Assembly (NCBI GenBank): GCA_041395905.1
Contig: JAWKZP010000011.1
Span: 769-64,768, forward strand
Length of the DNA stretch: 64,000 nt
Direction of reading: 5' to 3'
From: Pseudomonadales bacterium
Lineage (GTDB): Bacteria; Pseudomonadota; Gammaproteobacteria; Pseudomonadales; Azotimanducaceae
Part shown: positions 27,983-37,131 of the stretch, piece by piece
How positions within the stretch are numbered: the first letter of the stretch is position 1
Layout of the letters: the number at the start of each line of letters is the position of its first letter
Notes under the pieces: generated by a model
What the model was told of the DNA's origin: nothing
Seen by the model: the letters and a program-made list of their open reading frames with translations, nothing else
The model's database searches: none
Made by a program: the position numbers and the translations under genes

Positions 27983-30340
27983 ATGGCTGAGGCGCGCCCG
28001 CGCGGCCGCCGCCGCAGCACAGGCAAACGCTCGACGGGATCCGCGGGCCGCGCCGCCCGCCGGTCTTCCGGAAAGCAGCAGCGCAGCCTGCTGCGGCGCC
28101 TGGTGCTCGCCCTGCTGCCGATCGTGCTGGTGGCGGCGGTGCTGGCCACGGGCTATCTGGTGTATCTGGACCGCACCATCACGCACACCTTCGAAGGGCG
28201 TCGCTGGTCGGTGCCGGCCGTGGTCTACGCCCAGCCGCTGGAGCTGTTTCCCGGTGCCGCGGTAACGCTTGCCGATCTCGAGCGCGAACTGCGCCGGCTG
28301 GGCTATCGCGTCAGCACCGACCTGCGCGAGCCCGGTACCTACCGCCGCGCCGGGATGCGCCTCGACGTGCATCTGCGCGCCTTCCAGTTCATGGAGCGGC
28401 AACGCTCGAGCCAGCAGATCTCCATCGAATTCGACGGTCCCCGCATCAGCGCGGTAGGTGCTGCCAGCGGTCGCCCGGTGCCGTTGATCCGACTCGATCC
28501 GGCCGGCATCGGCAGCTTCTTTCCCAGCCACGGCGAAGACCGCCAGGTGCTGACGCCGGAACAGGTGCCGGAGCTGCTGCGCGAAGGGCTGAAATCGGTA
28601 GAAGACCGCAAATTCGATCATCACATGGGCTTCGACCCGGAAGGCATTCTGCGTGCTCTGCTGGTCAACGTCCGGGCCGGCGAGATCCAGCAGGGCGGCA
28701 GCACGCTGACGCAGCAGCTGGTCAAGAGCTATTACCTCGACAACCGCCAGACCCTGACCCGCAAGCTGCGCGAGCTGGCCATGGCGGTGATCCTGGAACT
28801 GCGTTTCGAGAAGGCGGACATACTGAACGCCTACATCAACGAAGCCTACATCGGCCAGGATGGCGCCCGGGCCGTGCACGGGTTCGGGCTCGGCGCGCAG
28901 TTCTACTTCAATCGGCCGCTGGGCGAGCTGCGCACGGATCAGATCGCCACCCTGATCGCCATCATCCGCGGACCGTCCTACTACAACCCGTTTCGGCATC
29001 CGCAGCGGGTGCTCGCGCGGCGCGACCGGGTGCTGGACCGCATGCTCGAGGATCAGCTCATCGATGCCTCCGAGCACGAGCGCAGTCGCGCGCGACCGCT
29101 CGAAGTGGTGCGGGGCGCGCGCGCGGGGGGCGCGTACTATCCGGATTTCATGGACCTGGTGCGCGCTCAGCTGCAGAGCCGCTACCAGGAGGATGACCTC
29201 ACCTCGCGCGGCCTGCGGGTGTTCACCACGCTGCAGCCGCGTGTTCAGGACGCCGCCGAGCAGGCCCTGACCGGCACCCTCGAGCGGCTCGAGAATGACC
29301 GCAGGTTGACCGAGGGCAGCCTGCAGGGGGCCATCGTGGTCACCGCCCACCAGACCGGCGAGGTCGCCGCGCTGGCCGGCGGGCGTACCACCGGTTTCGA
29401 CGGCCTGAACCGGGTGCTGAACGCCCGCCGCCCGGTCGGCTCGCTCATCAAGCCGGTGATCTACCTCACGGCGCTGGAGCGTGGCTACCACATGGCGAGC
29501 CCGCTGGAAGACTCGCCGGTGTCCGTGCGCGTGGGTGAGCGCGAATGGACGCCGCGCAATTTCGACGGCGAGCTACACGGCACCGTACCGCTCGTACGCG
29601 CCCTCGGCGATTCCCTGAACCTGGCCACGGTGCACCTCGGCATGACGCTGGGCGTGGACACGGTGGCCGCACGACTCAGCGCACTCACCGGCAGAGCGCC
29701 GGACAACCGCTACCCGTCCCTGCTCCTCGGGGCCGAGAACATGACGCCGCTGGAAGTCGCCGGCCTGTACGGGATCTTTGCCAGCGGCGGCTTTCAGATG
29801 CCGCCCAAGGCAGTAATCGCCGTGCTCGACGAACAGGGAGCGCCGGTATCGCAGCATCCGTTCGCCCTCGAGCAGCGCATCGAGGCGCATGTCGCGGAGA
29901 CTCTCGGGCGCGGGTTGGAGGCGGTGATGCAGCGCGGCACCGGACGCTCTTCCCGCTTCGCCCAGGCGGGCACCGCGGGCAAGACCGGGACCTCCGACGA
30001 CTACCGCGACAGCTGGTTTGCCGGCTACGACGACAGCCACCTCGGGGTGGTGTGGGTGGGCGCCGACGACAACTCACCCGTGGGCCTGACCGGTGCCACG
30101 GGCGCGCTCAAGGTCTGGGACGAGCTGATGATGCGCCTGGGCGTGCAGCCGCTGCACCACGCGCCAGCCGACGACGTGGTCAGCATAGAGTACGCCACGG
30201 GTCTGCTGGCCAACGCTGACTGCGCCGAAGTCGTGCAGGTGCCCATTCCAGCGGACGCTGCTTTGCAGAGCAAACCGGGCTGTGGTATCACGCTGCGCTC
30301 CATCACCGAGCGGCTGCGCGCGTGGCTCAAAAAGGACTGA
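27983..30340 (+). CDS. mrcB: Penicillin-binding protein 1B (bifunctional glycosyltransferase/transpeptidase)
   Basis: Basic cytoplasmic tail plus one TM helix, a UB2H-like insert, GT51 motifs EDRKFDHHMGFD and RKLRE, and TP motifs SLIKP (SxxK), SLN and KTGTS. Confidence 0.92.
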   Translation: MAEARPRGRRRSTGKRSTGSAGRAARRSSGKQQRSLLRRLVLALLPIVLVAAVLATGYLVYLDRTITHTFEGRRWSVPAVVYAQPLELFPGAAVTLADLERELRRLGYRVSTDLREPGTYRRAGMRLDVHLRAFQFMERQRSSQQISIEFDGPRISAVGAASGRPVPLIRLDPAGIGSFFPSHGEDRQVLTPEQVPELLREGLKSVEDRKFDHHMGFDPEGILRALLVNVRAGEIQQGGSTLTQQLVKSYYLDNRQTLTRKLRELAMAVILELRFEKADILNAYINEAYIGQDGARAVHGFGLGAQFYFNRPLGELRTDQIATLIAIIRGPSYYNPFRHPQRVLARRDRVLDRMLEDQLIDASEHERSRARPLEVVRGARAGGAYYPDFMDLVRAQLQSRYQEDDLTSRGLRVFTTLQPRVQDAAEQALTGTLERLENDRRLTEGSLQGAIVVTAHQTGEVAALAGGRTTGFDGLNRVLNARRPVGSLIKPVIYLTALERGYHMASPLEDSPVSVRVGEREWTPRNFDGELHGTVPLVRALGDSLNLATVHLGMTLGVDTVAARLSALTGRAPDNRYPSLLLGAENMTPLEVAGLYGIFASGGFQMPPKAVIAVLDEQGAPVSQHPFALEQRIEAHVAETLGRGLEAVMQRGTGRSSRFAQAGTAGKTGTSDDYRDSWFAGYDDSHLGVVWVGADDNSPVGLTGATGALKVWDELMMRLGVQPLHHAPADDVVSIEYATGLLANADCAEVVQVPIPADAALQSKPGCGITLRSITERLRAWLKKD

Positions 30341-30849
30341 CTCTCATCGCCCTGCTGGTGCTCGTCGGGGGCTGTGCCGGTGCCGCCCCGACGCCCGGCG
30401 TGGAAGACCGAACGACCACCCCAGGCATGCCGCCCACCGAATCCGGAGCCCCGGCCGGCGGCGCGGCTGCCGATACCCAGGGTCCGGGCACAGCCCCCCT
30501 GCCGCGGGCCACGCAGGCCGAACCGGCGGTGCCGACGCTGGCATTGCTGCAGCAGAGCGAGCGCGCCGCCGCCGACGGCAACGTCGCCGAAGCCATTGCC
30601 TACGTGGAGCGTGCCATCCGTCTGAATCCGCGCGACGGCAATCTGTGGCTACGCCTGGGCCGGTTGCACCTGCGCACCGGCGAGCCGCTCCAGGCCGAGC
30701 AGATGGCGCAGCGGGCGCTGGGCATGGCGTCCGGCCAGCCGGCCCTGCAGCGCGACGCCTGGCTGCTCATCGCGGACGTTCGCGACACCCAGGGCCGCGC
30801 CGACGAAGCCGCCGAGATACGCAGCCGCTGGCGAACCTACCGGGGCTGA
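30322..30849 (+). CDS. TPR lipoprotein, LpoP-like candidate PBP1B activator
   Basis: GTG 30322 overlaps the mrcB end by 19 nt. Lipobox LVGGC, a Pro/Ala/Gly-rich linker of about 70 aa, then a TPR-like domain (AEAIAYVERAIRLNPRDGNLWLRLGRLHLRTGEPLQAEQMAQRAL). Confidence 0.6.
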   Translation: MAQKGLTLIALLVLVGGCAGAAPTPGVEDRTTTPGMPPTESGAPAGGAAADTQGPGTAPLPRATQAEPAVPTLALLQQSERAAADGNVAEAIAYVERAIRLNPRDGNLWLRLGRLHLRTGEPLQAEQMAQRALGMASGQPALQRDAWLLIADVRDTQGRADEAAEIRSRWRTYRG

Positions 30850-32201
30850 GCCGCGAGCAGACGGAGCAGGTGCTCACGATCGGCGTGAAAATGCCGACCC
30901 GCCAGAAAGAACAGCGGAATCGACAGCAGCGACAACGCGGTGAATGCCAGCAGTGTCCAGGTATAGGGCTCTTCGACACCCGCCGCGGCGAGCGCGTCGA
31001 TGGTAACGCCACCGGCGGTGATGCCGAAGCCAAGACCCACCAGGTTCAACAGCAGGATGTAGAACGCCACCACCGTGGCCCGTATCTGTGGCGGCGCCAG
31101 CTCCTGCACGGTGGCAAAGGTCGGCCCGTAGAAGCTGCCGAGCTGGAAGAAGCCGACGAACACACCGATCCAGAACCAGACGCTGTCCGGCGCCACGATC
31201 CGATACGCCAGATTGAAGGGCGCCAGCGCCAGCATGATCCAGAACAGGAACATCGGCCTGCCCATACCGGTACGGCGCAGAAATCGATCGCCGCCCGCGC
31301 CGCCGAACAGGTTGCCGAGCAAGCCGGCGATCATGCCGATCCAACCCGTCAGCCGGGCGATTTCGGCGCGATCGAAGCCGCGCTCCTGCACGTACCAGAG
31401 CTGATCGAAGGCCGCGGCGCCTAGAATGAAATGCAACGCCACACCCCCGGCAACCGTGAGTGCCAGGGCGGGGCAGTTGCGCAGCGCGAAGCCGAGACTG
31501 CGCAGGATGCCAGCGAAGCTCTGCTTCTCGGATGAGCCCGCGGAGGCGGTGGCGCCGGGGGCTTCAGCGGCGGCCGGCGACTCACCGGCCGCCGTCTCGA
31601 TGGGTTCGAGCTGGTGGCGCCGCGGTGTTTCCTTGAGAAACAGCATGACCACCGCCAGAGCCAGCCCTAGCGCGCCGAGCAGGTAGAAGCAGTTGCGCCA
31701 ACCGATCGCAGGGCCCAGATAGCCGACGATGAGCAGGCTCACGCCGACCCCTACGGGCACCCCCATGTAGTAGAAACCCGAGGCAAACCCGAGCCGGGAA
31801 GACGGAAACCGGTCCGAGAGCAGCGACATGGAGGTGGGCGTCATGATCGACTCACCGACGCCGATGAACATGCGCGGCACCGCCAGCGACCAGAAGCTGC
31901 GCGCCGCTCCGGACAGAATCGTCAGCCCGCTCCACAGCGCCAGCCCAACGGCGATCAGTCGCGTGCGATTGACCATGTCGGCGAGCGCACCCATGAACAG
32001 ACCCATGGCCGAGTAGAACACGATGAAGAACAACCCCGTCAGCAGCCCGAACTGGGTGTTGCTGAGCCCCAGGTCCGGCACGATGAAGTTCGCGAAGCTG
32101 CTGAGCAGCTGGCGATCGACGAAGTTCATGACGTTGAGCAGAGTCAGAAAGCAGAGAAATGCGTAATGCCGCGCCGCTACGCGATCCGATGAATTGTGCA
32201 C
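30837..32201 (-). CDS. MFS transporter
   Basis: The start is set at GTG 32201 (VHNSSDRVAARHYAF...) because the longer ORF overlaps glcF. 12-TM pattern, with MNFVDRQLLS and ADMVNRTRL motifs typical of MFS. Confidence 0.82.
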   Translation of the reverse strand: MHNSSDRVAARHYAFLCFLTLLNVMNFVDRQLLSSFANFIVPDLGLSNTQFGLLTGLFFIVFYSAMGLFMGALADMVNRTRLIAVGLALWSGLTILSGAARSFWSLAVPRMFIGVGESIMTPTSMSLLSDRFPSSRLGFASGFYYMGVPVGVGVSLLIVGYLGPAIGWRNCFYLLGALGLALAVVMLFLKETPRRHQLEPIETAAGESPAAAEAPGATASAGSSEKQSFAGILRSLGFALRNCPALALTVAGGVALHFILGAAAFDQLWYVQERGFDRAEIARLTGWIGMIAGLLGNLFGGAGGDRFLRRTGMGRPMFLFWIMLALAPFNLAYRIVAPDSVWFWIGVFVGFFQLGSFYGPTFATVQELAPPQIRATVVAFYILLLNLVGLGFGITAGGVTIDALAAAGVEEPYTWTLLAFTALSLLSIPLFFLAGRHFHADREHLLRLLAAQPR

Positions 32202-32235
32202 TGCCGGCTCTCCCCAGGGCCCGGATGTCCAGCCG

Positions 32236-33483
32236 TCAGTGCAGCACCTCGAGCCAGTGCAGCACGGGGACGCCCGCGCCGCTGGCAAGATGCAGCTGAC
32301 AGCCGATGTTGGCGGTGACCACGGCGTCCGGCGCATGCTCCGTCAGGTTGCCGATCTTGCGCTGCCGCAGCTGGTCCGCGATCTGCCCCTGCAATAGTGC
32401 GTATGTGCCTGCAGAACCGCAACAAAGGTGTCGATCACGCACCGGCACGAGCTCGTAGCCGGCGCGGTGCAGAATCTGCTCCACGGCACCCGTGATGCGC
32501 TGCCCGTGCTGCAGCGTGCACGGCGGATGCCAGGCCAGACGCGTGAAGCGCTCGTCGCGCTGCCAGTCGAGGTTCAGCTCCGCCAGGTACTCGGCGACGT
32601 CGCGCAGCTTGATTGCCAGCGCGTCGGCAAGAGCACGGAGCTCGGCGTCCGCGCCGGTGGTCGCGGACGCCTGCGCTTCGGCGAGCAGGCGTGGATAGTC
32701 CTTGAGGGTCACGCCGCAGCCGCTGGCCGTGGACACGACCGCTTCCACCTGGTCCAGATAAGGTGCCAGGGCGCGTAGGTTGCGCCGCACCGTATCCAGC
32801 GCCTGCTCGTGCGCGCCCAGGTGCAGCGCCAGCGATCCGCAGCAGGTCTCCGCGGGCGCGCGCAGCGTCTCGATGCCGTGCCGGCCCAGCAGCCGTGCCA
32901 GTGCCCCGTTCACCTCCGGCGTGCTGACCCGCTGCACGCAACCTTCCAGCACCAGCACCCGCCGCGCGGGCGCACCCTGGGGCCGCTGCACCGGAGCCTG
33001 CACGCCCTCGGCGCGGCGCCCCAGCTTCGGCACCTGACGCCGCAGCTGCGCGGGCAACAGCCAGCGGAATGCCCGACCCAGGCGCACCAGCGGGCGAAAA
33101 CGCCGCGGCTCGGGCACCACCGCCAGCAGCGCCCGGCGGATCAGGCCATCGAGCCAGCCACGCTGCCCTTCGGCCTCGATGACGTCCCGGCCCAGCTCCA
33201 CCAGCTCGCCGTAGGCAACGCCGCTGGGGCAGGTGGTTTCGCAGTTGCGGCAGGTGAGGCAGCGGTCCAGATGGCGCGCGACCAGCGCGTCGGGCCGGCC
33301 GCTCTCGAACATCTCCTTCATCAGGTAGATACGCCCGCGCGGCCCGTCGAGCTCGTCACCCAGCAGCTGGTAGGTGGGGCAGGTGGCATTGCAGAAGCCG
33401 CAGTGCACGCAGCTGCGCAGGATCTGCTCGGCGCGCGCGCCACGCGCCGAGTCGCGAAACGATTGCGGCAGGTCAGTCTGCAT
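32236..33483 (-). CDS. glcF: Glycolate oxidase iron-sulfur subunit
   Basis: ATG 33483. Two 4Fe-4S motifs (CVHCGFCNATCPTY and CLTCRNCETTCPSG), followed by CCG-type Cys-rich repeats (ETCCGS, HLCCGSAG). Confidence 0.9.
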   Translation of the reverse strand: MQTDLPQSFRDSARGARAEQILRSCVHCGFCNATCPTYQLLGDELDGPRGRIYLMKEMFESGRPDALVARHLDRCLTCRNCETTCPSGVAYGELVELGRDVIEAEGQRGWLDGLIRRALLAVVPEPRRFRPLVRLGRAFRWLLPAQLRRQVPKLGRRAEGVQAPVQRPQGAPARRVLVLEGCVQRVSTPEVNGALARLLGRHGIETLRAPAETCCGSLALHLGAHEQALDTVRRNLRALAPYLDQVEAVVSTASGCGVTLKDYPRLLAEAQASATTGADAELRALADALAIKLRDVAEYLAELNLDWQRDERFTRLAWHPPCTLQHGQRITGAVEQILHRAGYELVPVRDRHLCCGSAGTYALLQGQIADQLRQRKIGNLTEHAPDAVVTANIGCQLHLASGAGVPVLHWLEVLH

Positions 33484-34579
33484 CCATGGCTCCGAGCTCG
33501 GGATTGAACAGGCCGTGCGGATCGAACGCCTCACGCAGGCGGCTCTGCAGCCGCGCCGCGACGGGGCTCACGCCGGCACGCTGGCGCGCGGCAAAACCGC
33601 CGTCGAACGGCAGCGCGTGGCCGCCCCGGGCCGCGACCAGCTCGCGCACCTCGCCCGGATTACGGCGGGTGCACCACCAGCGCAGGGCTCCGCCCCACTC
33701 CGTCAGGCAGTCCTCGCCGCTCTGAGTCGCCACCGGCAGCACCTGCGCCGCCGGTGGCAGCGAGCAGCGCCACAACGAGGACGCCTCGGCGAAGAACGGG
33801 TGCCGGTGATCGCGCAGCGACTGCCAGAAACGCGGCGCCTCCTCGACGCGCCCGCCGATCTCCTGCGCCGCCCAGCGTACCGCCGCCTCGGCGCCGGACA
33901 GCCGGACACGCAGCTCGCCCTGGTAGTGACAGGTGGCGGTAATGGGAAACGCGCTGCGGGCAAACCGGCGACAGGCTGCCAGCGCCTCCGCGGGATCGAG
34001 TTCCAGTACCAGCGTGCGCTCCACCGCAGGCGCCGGCAGCAACTTGATGCTGACCGCCAGCAATACGCCGAGGGTACCGAACGCGCCCGCCTGCAGTCGC
34101 GACAGATCGTAGCCGGCGACGTTCTTCATCACCTGGCCGCCGAAGCGCAGGCGCTCGCCGAGGCCGTTGATCAGCTCCACGCCCAGCACGCAATCGCGCA
34201 CCGCCCCGAGCCAGGGCCGGCCCGGCCCTGACAGGCCAGCGGCAACCGCGCCGCCCAGGGTCCCGCCGCCATGAAACCGGGGCGGCTCGAAAGGCAGGCG
34301 CTGCCCGTTGTGCGCCAGCGTCTGCTCGAGGAGCTTGAGCGGCGTGCCCGAGCGGGCCGTCAGCACGAGTTCTTCAGGACGGTGGCTGAGCACACCGCTG
34401 TGCTCGGCCGTGGACAGCAGCAGGCTGCGACGATCCGCCGCCGACGCCGCGCCCATCTCGGTGAGCTGCGCCTTGCTGCCGGAACCGGCGATCCGCAGAC
34501 CCGTGCCGCCGGCGATGGCCGCACGCACGGCATCCTGCAGGCGCGCCGCCGCGTCGCGCTCGCCGCTCACCGCAGCCAT
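33473..34579 (-). CDS. glcE: Glycolate oxidase FAD-binding subunit
   Basis: ATG 34579. PCMH-type FAD-binding pattern (...GSGSK...GGTLGGAVAAGLSGP...MKNVAGYDLSRL...) and a C-terminal ...FDPHGLFNP. The track ORF extends upstream into glcD and is trimmed. Confidence 0.88.
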   Translation of the reverse strand: MAAVSGERDAAARLQDAVRAAIAGGTGLRIAGSGSKAQLTEMGAASAADRRSLLLSTAEHSGVLSHRPEELVLTARSGTPLKLLEQTLAHNGQRLPFEPPRFHGGGTLGGAVAAGLSGPGRPWLGAVRDCVLGVELINGLGERLRFGGQVMKNVAGYDLSRLQAGAFGTLGVLLAVSIKLLPAPAVERTLVLELDPAEALAACRRFARSAFPITATCHYQGELRVRLSGAEAAVRWAAQEIGGRVEEAPRFWQSLRDHRHPFFAEASSLWRCSLPPAAQVLPVATQSGEDCLTEWGGALRWWCTRRNPGEVRELVAARGGHALPFDGGFAARQRAGVSPVAARLQSRLREAFDPHGLFNPELGAMDAD

Positions 34580-34616
34580 CGCGCGGATCGATCGGATTCG
34601 GGGGTGAGCTTCGGCA

Positions 34617-36089
34617 TCAGAAGCGCGGCAGATTGCCGAATGGCGCGCGCCCGGCATGCACGTGCATGCCACCCACCTCGGCGCAGCGAGCGAGGCCGGT
34701 ACCGCCTTGCCGGGATTGAGCCCCTGCGAGGATCGAAGGCCGCCTTGACCCGATGCATCTGCTCGAGCTCCGCACCGGGGAACCTGCGCACATCTGATCC
34801 AGCTTCTCCACGCCGACCCCGTGCTCACCGGTGACAGTGCCGCCCGCGGCAACGCACAGCTCCAGGATGCGCCCGCCCATCTGCTCGGCGCGCTCGAGCT
34901 CCCCCGGCTGGTTGGCGTCATAGAGAATCAGCGGGTGCAGGTTGCCGTCGCCGGCATGAAAGACGTTGGCCACGCGCAGACCGTAACGGACGGACAGCTC
35001 TGAGATCTCGCGCAGCACCGCCGACAGGGCCCGGCGCGGGATGGTGCCGTCCATGCAGTAGTAGTCGGGTGCCAGGCGCCCCACGGCGGGAAACGCGGCC
35101 TTGCGGCCGAGCCACAACCGGGCCTGCTCCTCGGGGGCCTCGGCGACGCGCAGGCTGAAGGCACCGTGCGCCTCCAGCACCCGACGCGTCAGGGCCAGGT
35201 CTGCCGTGACTTCCGCAGCGACGCCGTCGAGCTCGCAGATCAGCACCGCCCCAGCACCACGCGGATACCCGGCATGCACGAAGTCCTCCGCGGCCTGGAT
35301 GGCGAGGCGATCCATCATCTCCAGCCCCGCCGGGATCAGACCCTCCGCGATCAGGGCGCCCACGGCATCTGCAGCGTCACCCACCTCGGCGAACGCGGCA
35401 AGCAGCACGCGTTTCTCCGGCGGCACCGGCAGCAGCTTGACCGTGACCTCCGTGACCACGCCGAGCATGCCTTCGGAGCCCATGATCAGCGCCAGCAGGT
35501 CGTACCCGGGCGTGTCGAGCCCGCGCCCGCCCAGCTCCAGCTCGTCGCCCTCGAAGGTGAGCAGCCTGACGCCGAGCACGTTGTGCACGGTCAGCCCATA
35601 TTTCAGACAATGCACCCCGCCGGAATTCTCGGCCACGTTGCCGCCGATGCTGCAGGCGATCTGGGACGATGGATCTGGCGCGTAGTACAGACCATGCTCG
35701 GCAACGGCCTCGCTGATGGCCAGATTACGCACCCCCGGCTGAACCCGGGCGACGCAGTTGTCCAGATCGATCTCGAGGATGCGATTCAGACGCGCCAGCG
35801 ACAGCACCAGCCCGTCCGCCAGCGGCCGCGCGCCGCCAGAGAGGCCGGTGCCGGCGCCGCGCGGCACCACCGGCACCCCATGCTCGCGGCAGATGGTGAG
35901 CACGTCGCGCACCTGGGACTCGCTGACCGGCAGGGCCACCAGCCAGGGCACCTGGCGGATCGCGGTGAGACCGTCGGTTTCGTAGGGTTTCAACGCACGC
36001 GGGTCAGTGAGCAGGCCATCCGCGGGTAAGGCCCGGCGCAACCGGCGGATGATCCGCTCTGCGTCTGGTGGATTGCCTGGGTGAGTCAT
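34617..36089 (-). CDS. glcD: Glycolate oxidase subunit GlcD (FAD-linked oxidase); about 33 codons near the 3' end are out of register
   Basis: The N-terminal 440 aa are a typical GlcD (PVVPRGAGTGLSGGA..., GTVTGEHGVGVEKLDQMC). Between about 34696 and 34786 the conserved residues sit in the other two frames (see finding). The final LARCAEVGGMHVHAGRAPFGNLPRF is back in frame. Confidence 0.85.
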   Translation of the reverse strand: MTHPGNPPDAERIIRRLRRALPADGLLTDPRALKPYETDGLTAIRQVPWLVALPVSESQVRDVLTICREHGVPVVPRGAGTGLSGGARPLADGLVLSLARLNRILEIDLDNCVARVQPGVRNLAISEAVAEHGLYYAPDPSSQIACSIGGNVAENSGGVHCLKYGLTVHNVLGVRLLTFEGDELELGGRGLDTPGYDLLALIMGSEGMLGVVTEVTVKLLPVPPEKRVLLAAFAEVGDAADAVGALIAEGLIPAGLEMMDRLAIQAAEDFVHAGYPRGAGAVLICELDGVAAEVTADLALTRRVLEAHGAFSLRVAEAPEEQARLWLGRKAAFPAVGRLAPDYYCMDGTIPRRALSAVLREISELSVRYGLRVANVFHAGDGNLHPLILYDANQPGELERAEQMGGRILELCVAAGGTVTGEHGVGVEKLDQMCAGSPVRSSSRCIGSRRPSILAGAQSRQGGTGLARCAEVGGMHVHAGRAPFGNLPRF

Positions 36090-36142
36090 GGCCCCCGATT
36101 ATAGGGGACCGGTGGCAACAGGGCAGCGCCCCGGCGCGGACG

Positions 36143-36907
36143 TCAGAAGTGGAAGTTGAGCGCCGCGTACGGCCCGCTGATGTCCACGTCGGCCGCGTCG
36201 ATGTCCTCGAAGGCATCGAGCTTCACGCGCAGCGTGCGCCACCCGAGCTCGAAGCCCAGACCCAGCGCCGATTCCCAGCCCAGCTGGGCATTGGCATCGA
36301 GCATGTCGTTGTCGCTGTAGGCGATGCCCTGAACCTCCGCACCGAGCCAGAACCCGCTCAAGGGCAGGTCCGCGCGCACCCGGCCGTACAGCAGCGGCAC
36401 GACACCGGTGAACTTGGCCCGACTGGTCTCCTGCGCCGTGGCCACCGCAATCTGACCATCGAGCCAGCGCGCCGTCACGCCGACATCCAGCGAAGCCCAG
36501 GTGTCCAGCAGCTCGTAGTAGAACACCATGTCGGCGTGGGTAAGATCGAGACGCGCGGCCACGTCCTCACCGAGCGTGAACTGGGCGCCGTTGAACTCGA
36601 TGGTGCGGCTCAGCGTCTCGCTGCCTGACGCGGTCACGTCGGTGTAGTACAGGCGCACGTTGGGCAGCACCGGCAGACCATGCTCGACAGCGGCGTAGAG
36701 CATGTTGTTGGTCTCGTCGTCGATGCCAAGGTCCTGCTCCAGATCCACGACGCTGGCTCCCGCCTGGACGTCGCCACCCAGCTTCTGCTGCCAGGCGCCG
36801 GCGCCAGCGTAGACGCCGAACAGAGTATCCGCCCGCGCAGCTTCAGCGCCGAAGCTGACAAGTAAGGTTACCGTCGCGCCGAGAGCATACTTCGCCAGGG
36901 GAGGCAT
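36143..36907 (-). CDS. Outer-membrane beta-barrel protein
   Basis: ATG 36907. Signal peptide ...LLVSFGAEAARA, alternating beta-strand pattern, and the aromatic C-terminus ...YAALNFHF. Confidence 0.75.
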   Translation of the reverse strand: MPPLAKYALGATVTLLVSFGAEAARADTLFGVYAGAGAWQQKLGGDVQAGASVVDLEQDLGIDDETNNMLYAAVEHGLPVLPNVRLYYTDVTASGSETLSRTIEFNGAQFTLGEDVAARLDLTHADMVFYYELLDTWASLDVGVTARWLDGQIAVATAQETSRAKFTGVVPLLYGRVRADLPLSGFWLGAEVQGIAYSDNDMLDANAQLGWESALGLGFELGWRTLRVKLDAFEDIDAADVDISGPYAALNFHF

Positions 36908-37010
36908 ATCGAACTCCTGGACAGACCCTGCAGGCAGAAGTGTAGTCAACCCAGGCACGTTTACCGTGACGCGGCGCACAGCGCGTCTGCCCCGGCGATT
37001 GCTGCGCAGG

Positions 37011-37095
37011 GCGACGCCTGCAGGAGAGCGACGCCTGCAGGGGAGCAACGTATGCAACAGGGTGACGTCTGCGGTAAGGCGACGTCTGCGGTACA
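37011..37095. repeat. Tandem 17-bp direct repeat array: 5 good copies, with degenerate copies out to about 36966-37112
   Basis: gcgacgcctgcaggaga / gcgacgcctgcagggga / gcaacgtatgcaacagg / gtgacgtctgcggtaag / gcgacgtctgcggtaca, head to tail. The array lies in the divergent promoter between the OMP gene and the dihydroorotase-like gene. Confidence 0.85.
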
Positions 37096-37131
37096 GTAGC
37101 GTGCGCGAGCCCACCACCACGGAGACGCCAG

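Noticed and set aside
33473-34921. 482-aa track ORF suggesting a much longer GlcE.
   Set aside because: Its first 114 codons overlap the 3' end of glcD and include the displaced GLNPGKAVP piece of GlcD. ATG 34579 gives a normal-length GlcE.
36966-37112. The 17-bp repeat array as a CRISPR array or as coding repeats (track ORFs 36843..37139, 36961..37743 and 36966..37760).
   Set aside because: The repeats are directly adjacent with no spacers and are far shorter than CRISPR repeats. The overlapping ORFs are Arg/Pro-rich shadows, and the real downstream gene starts at 37132.
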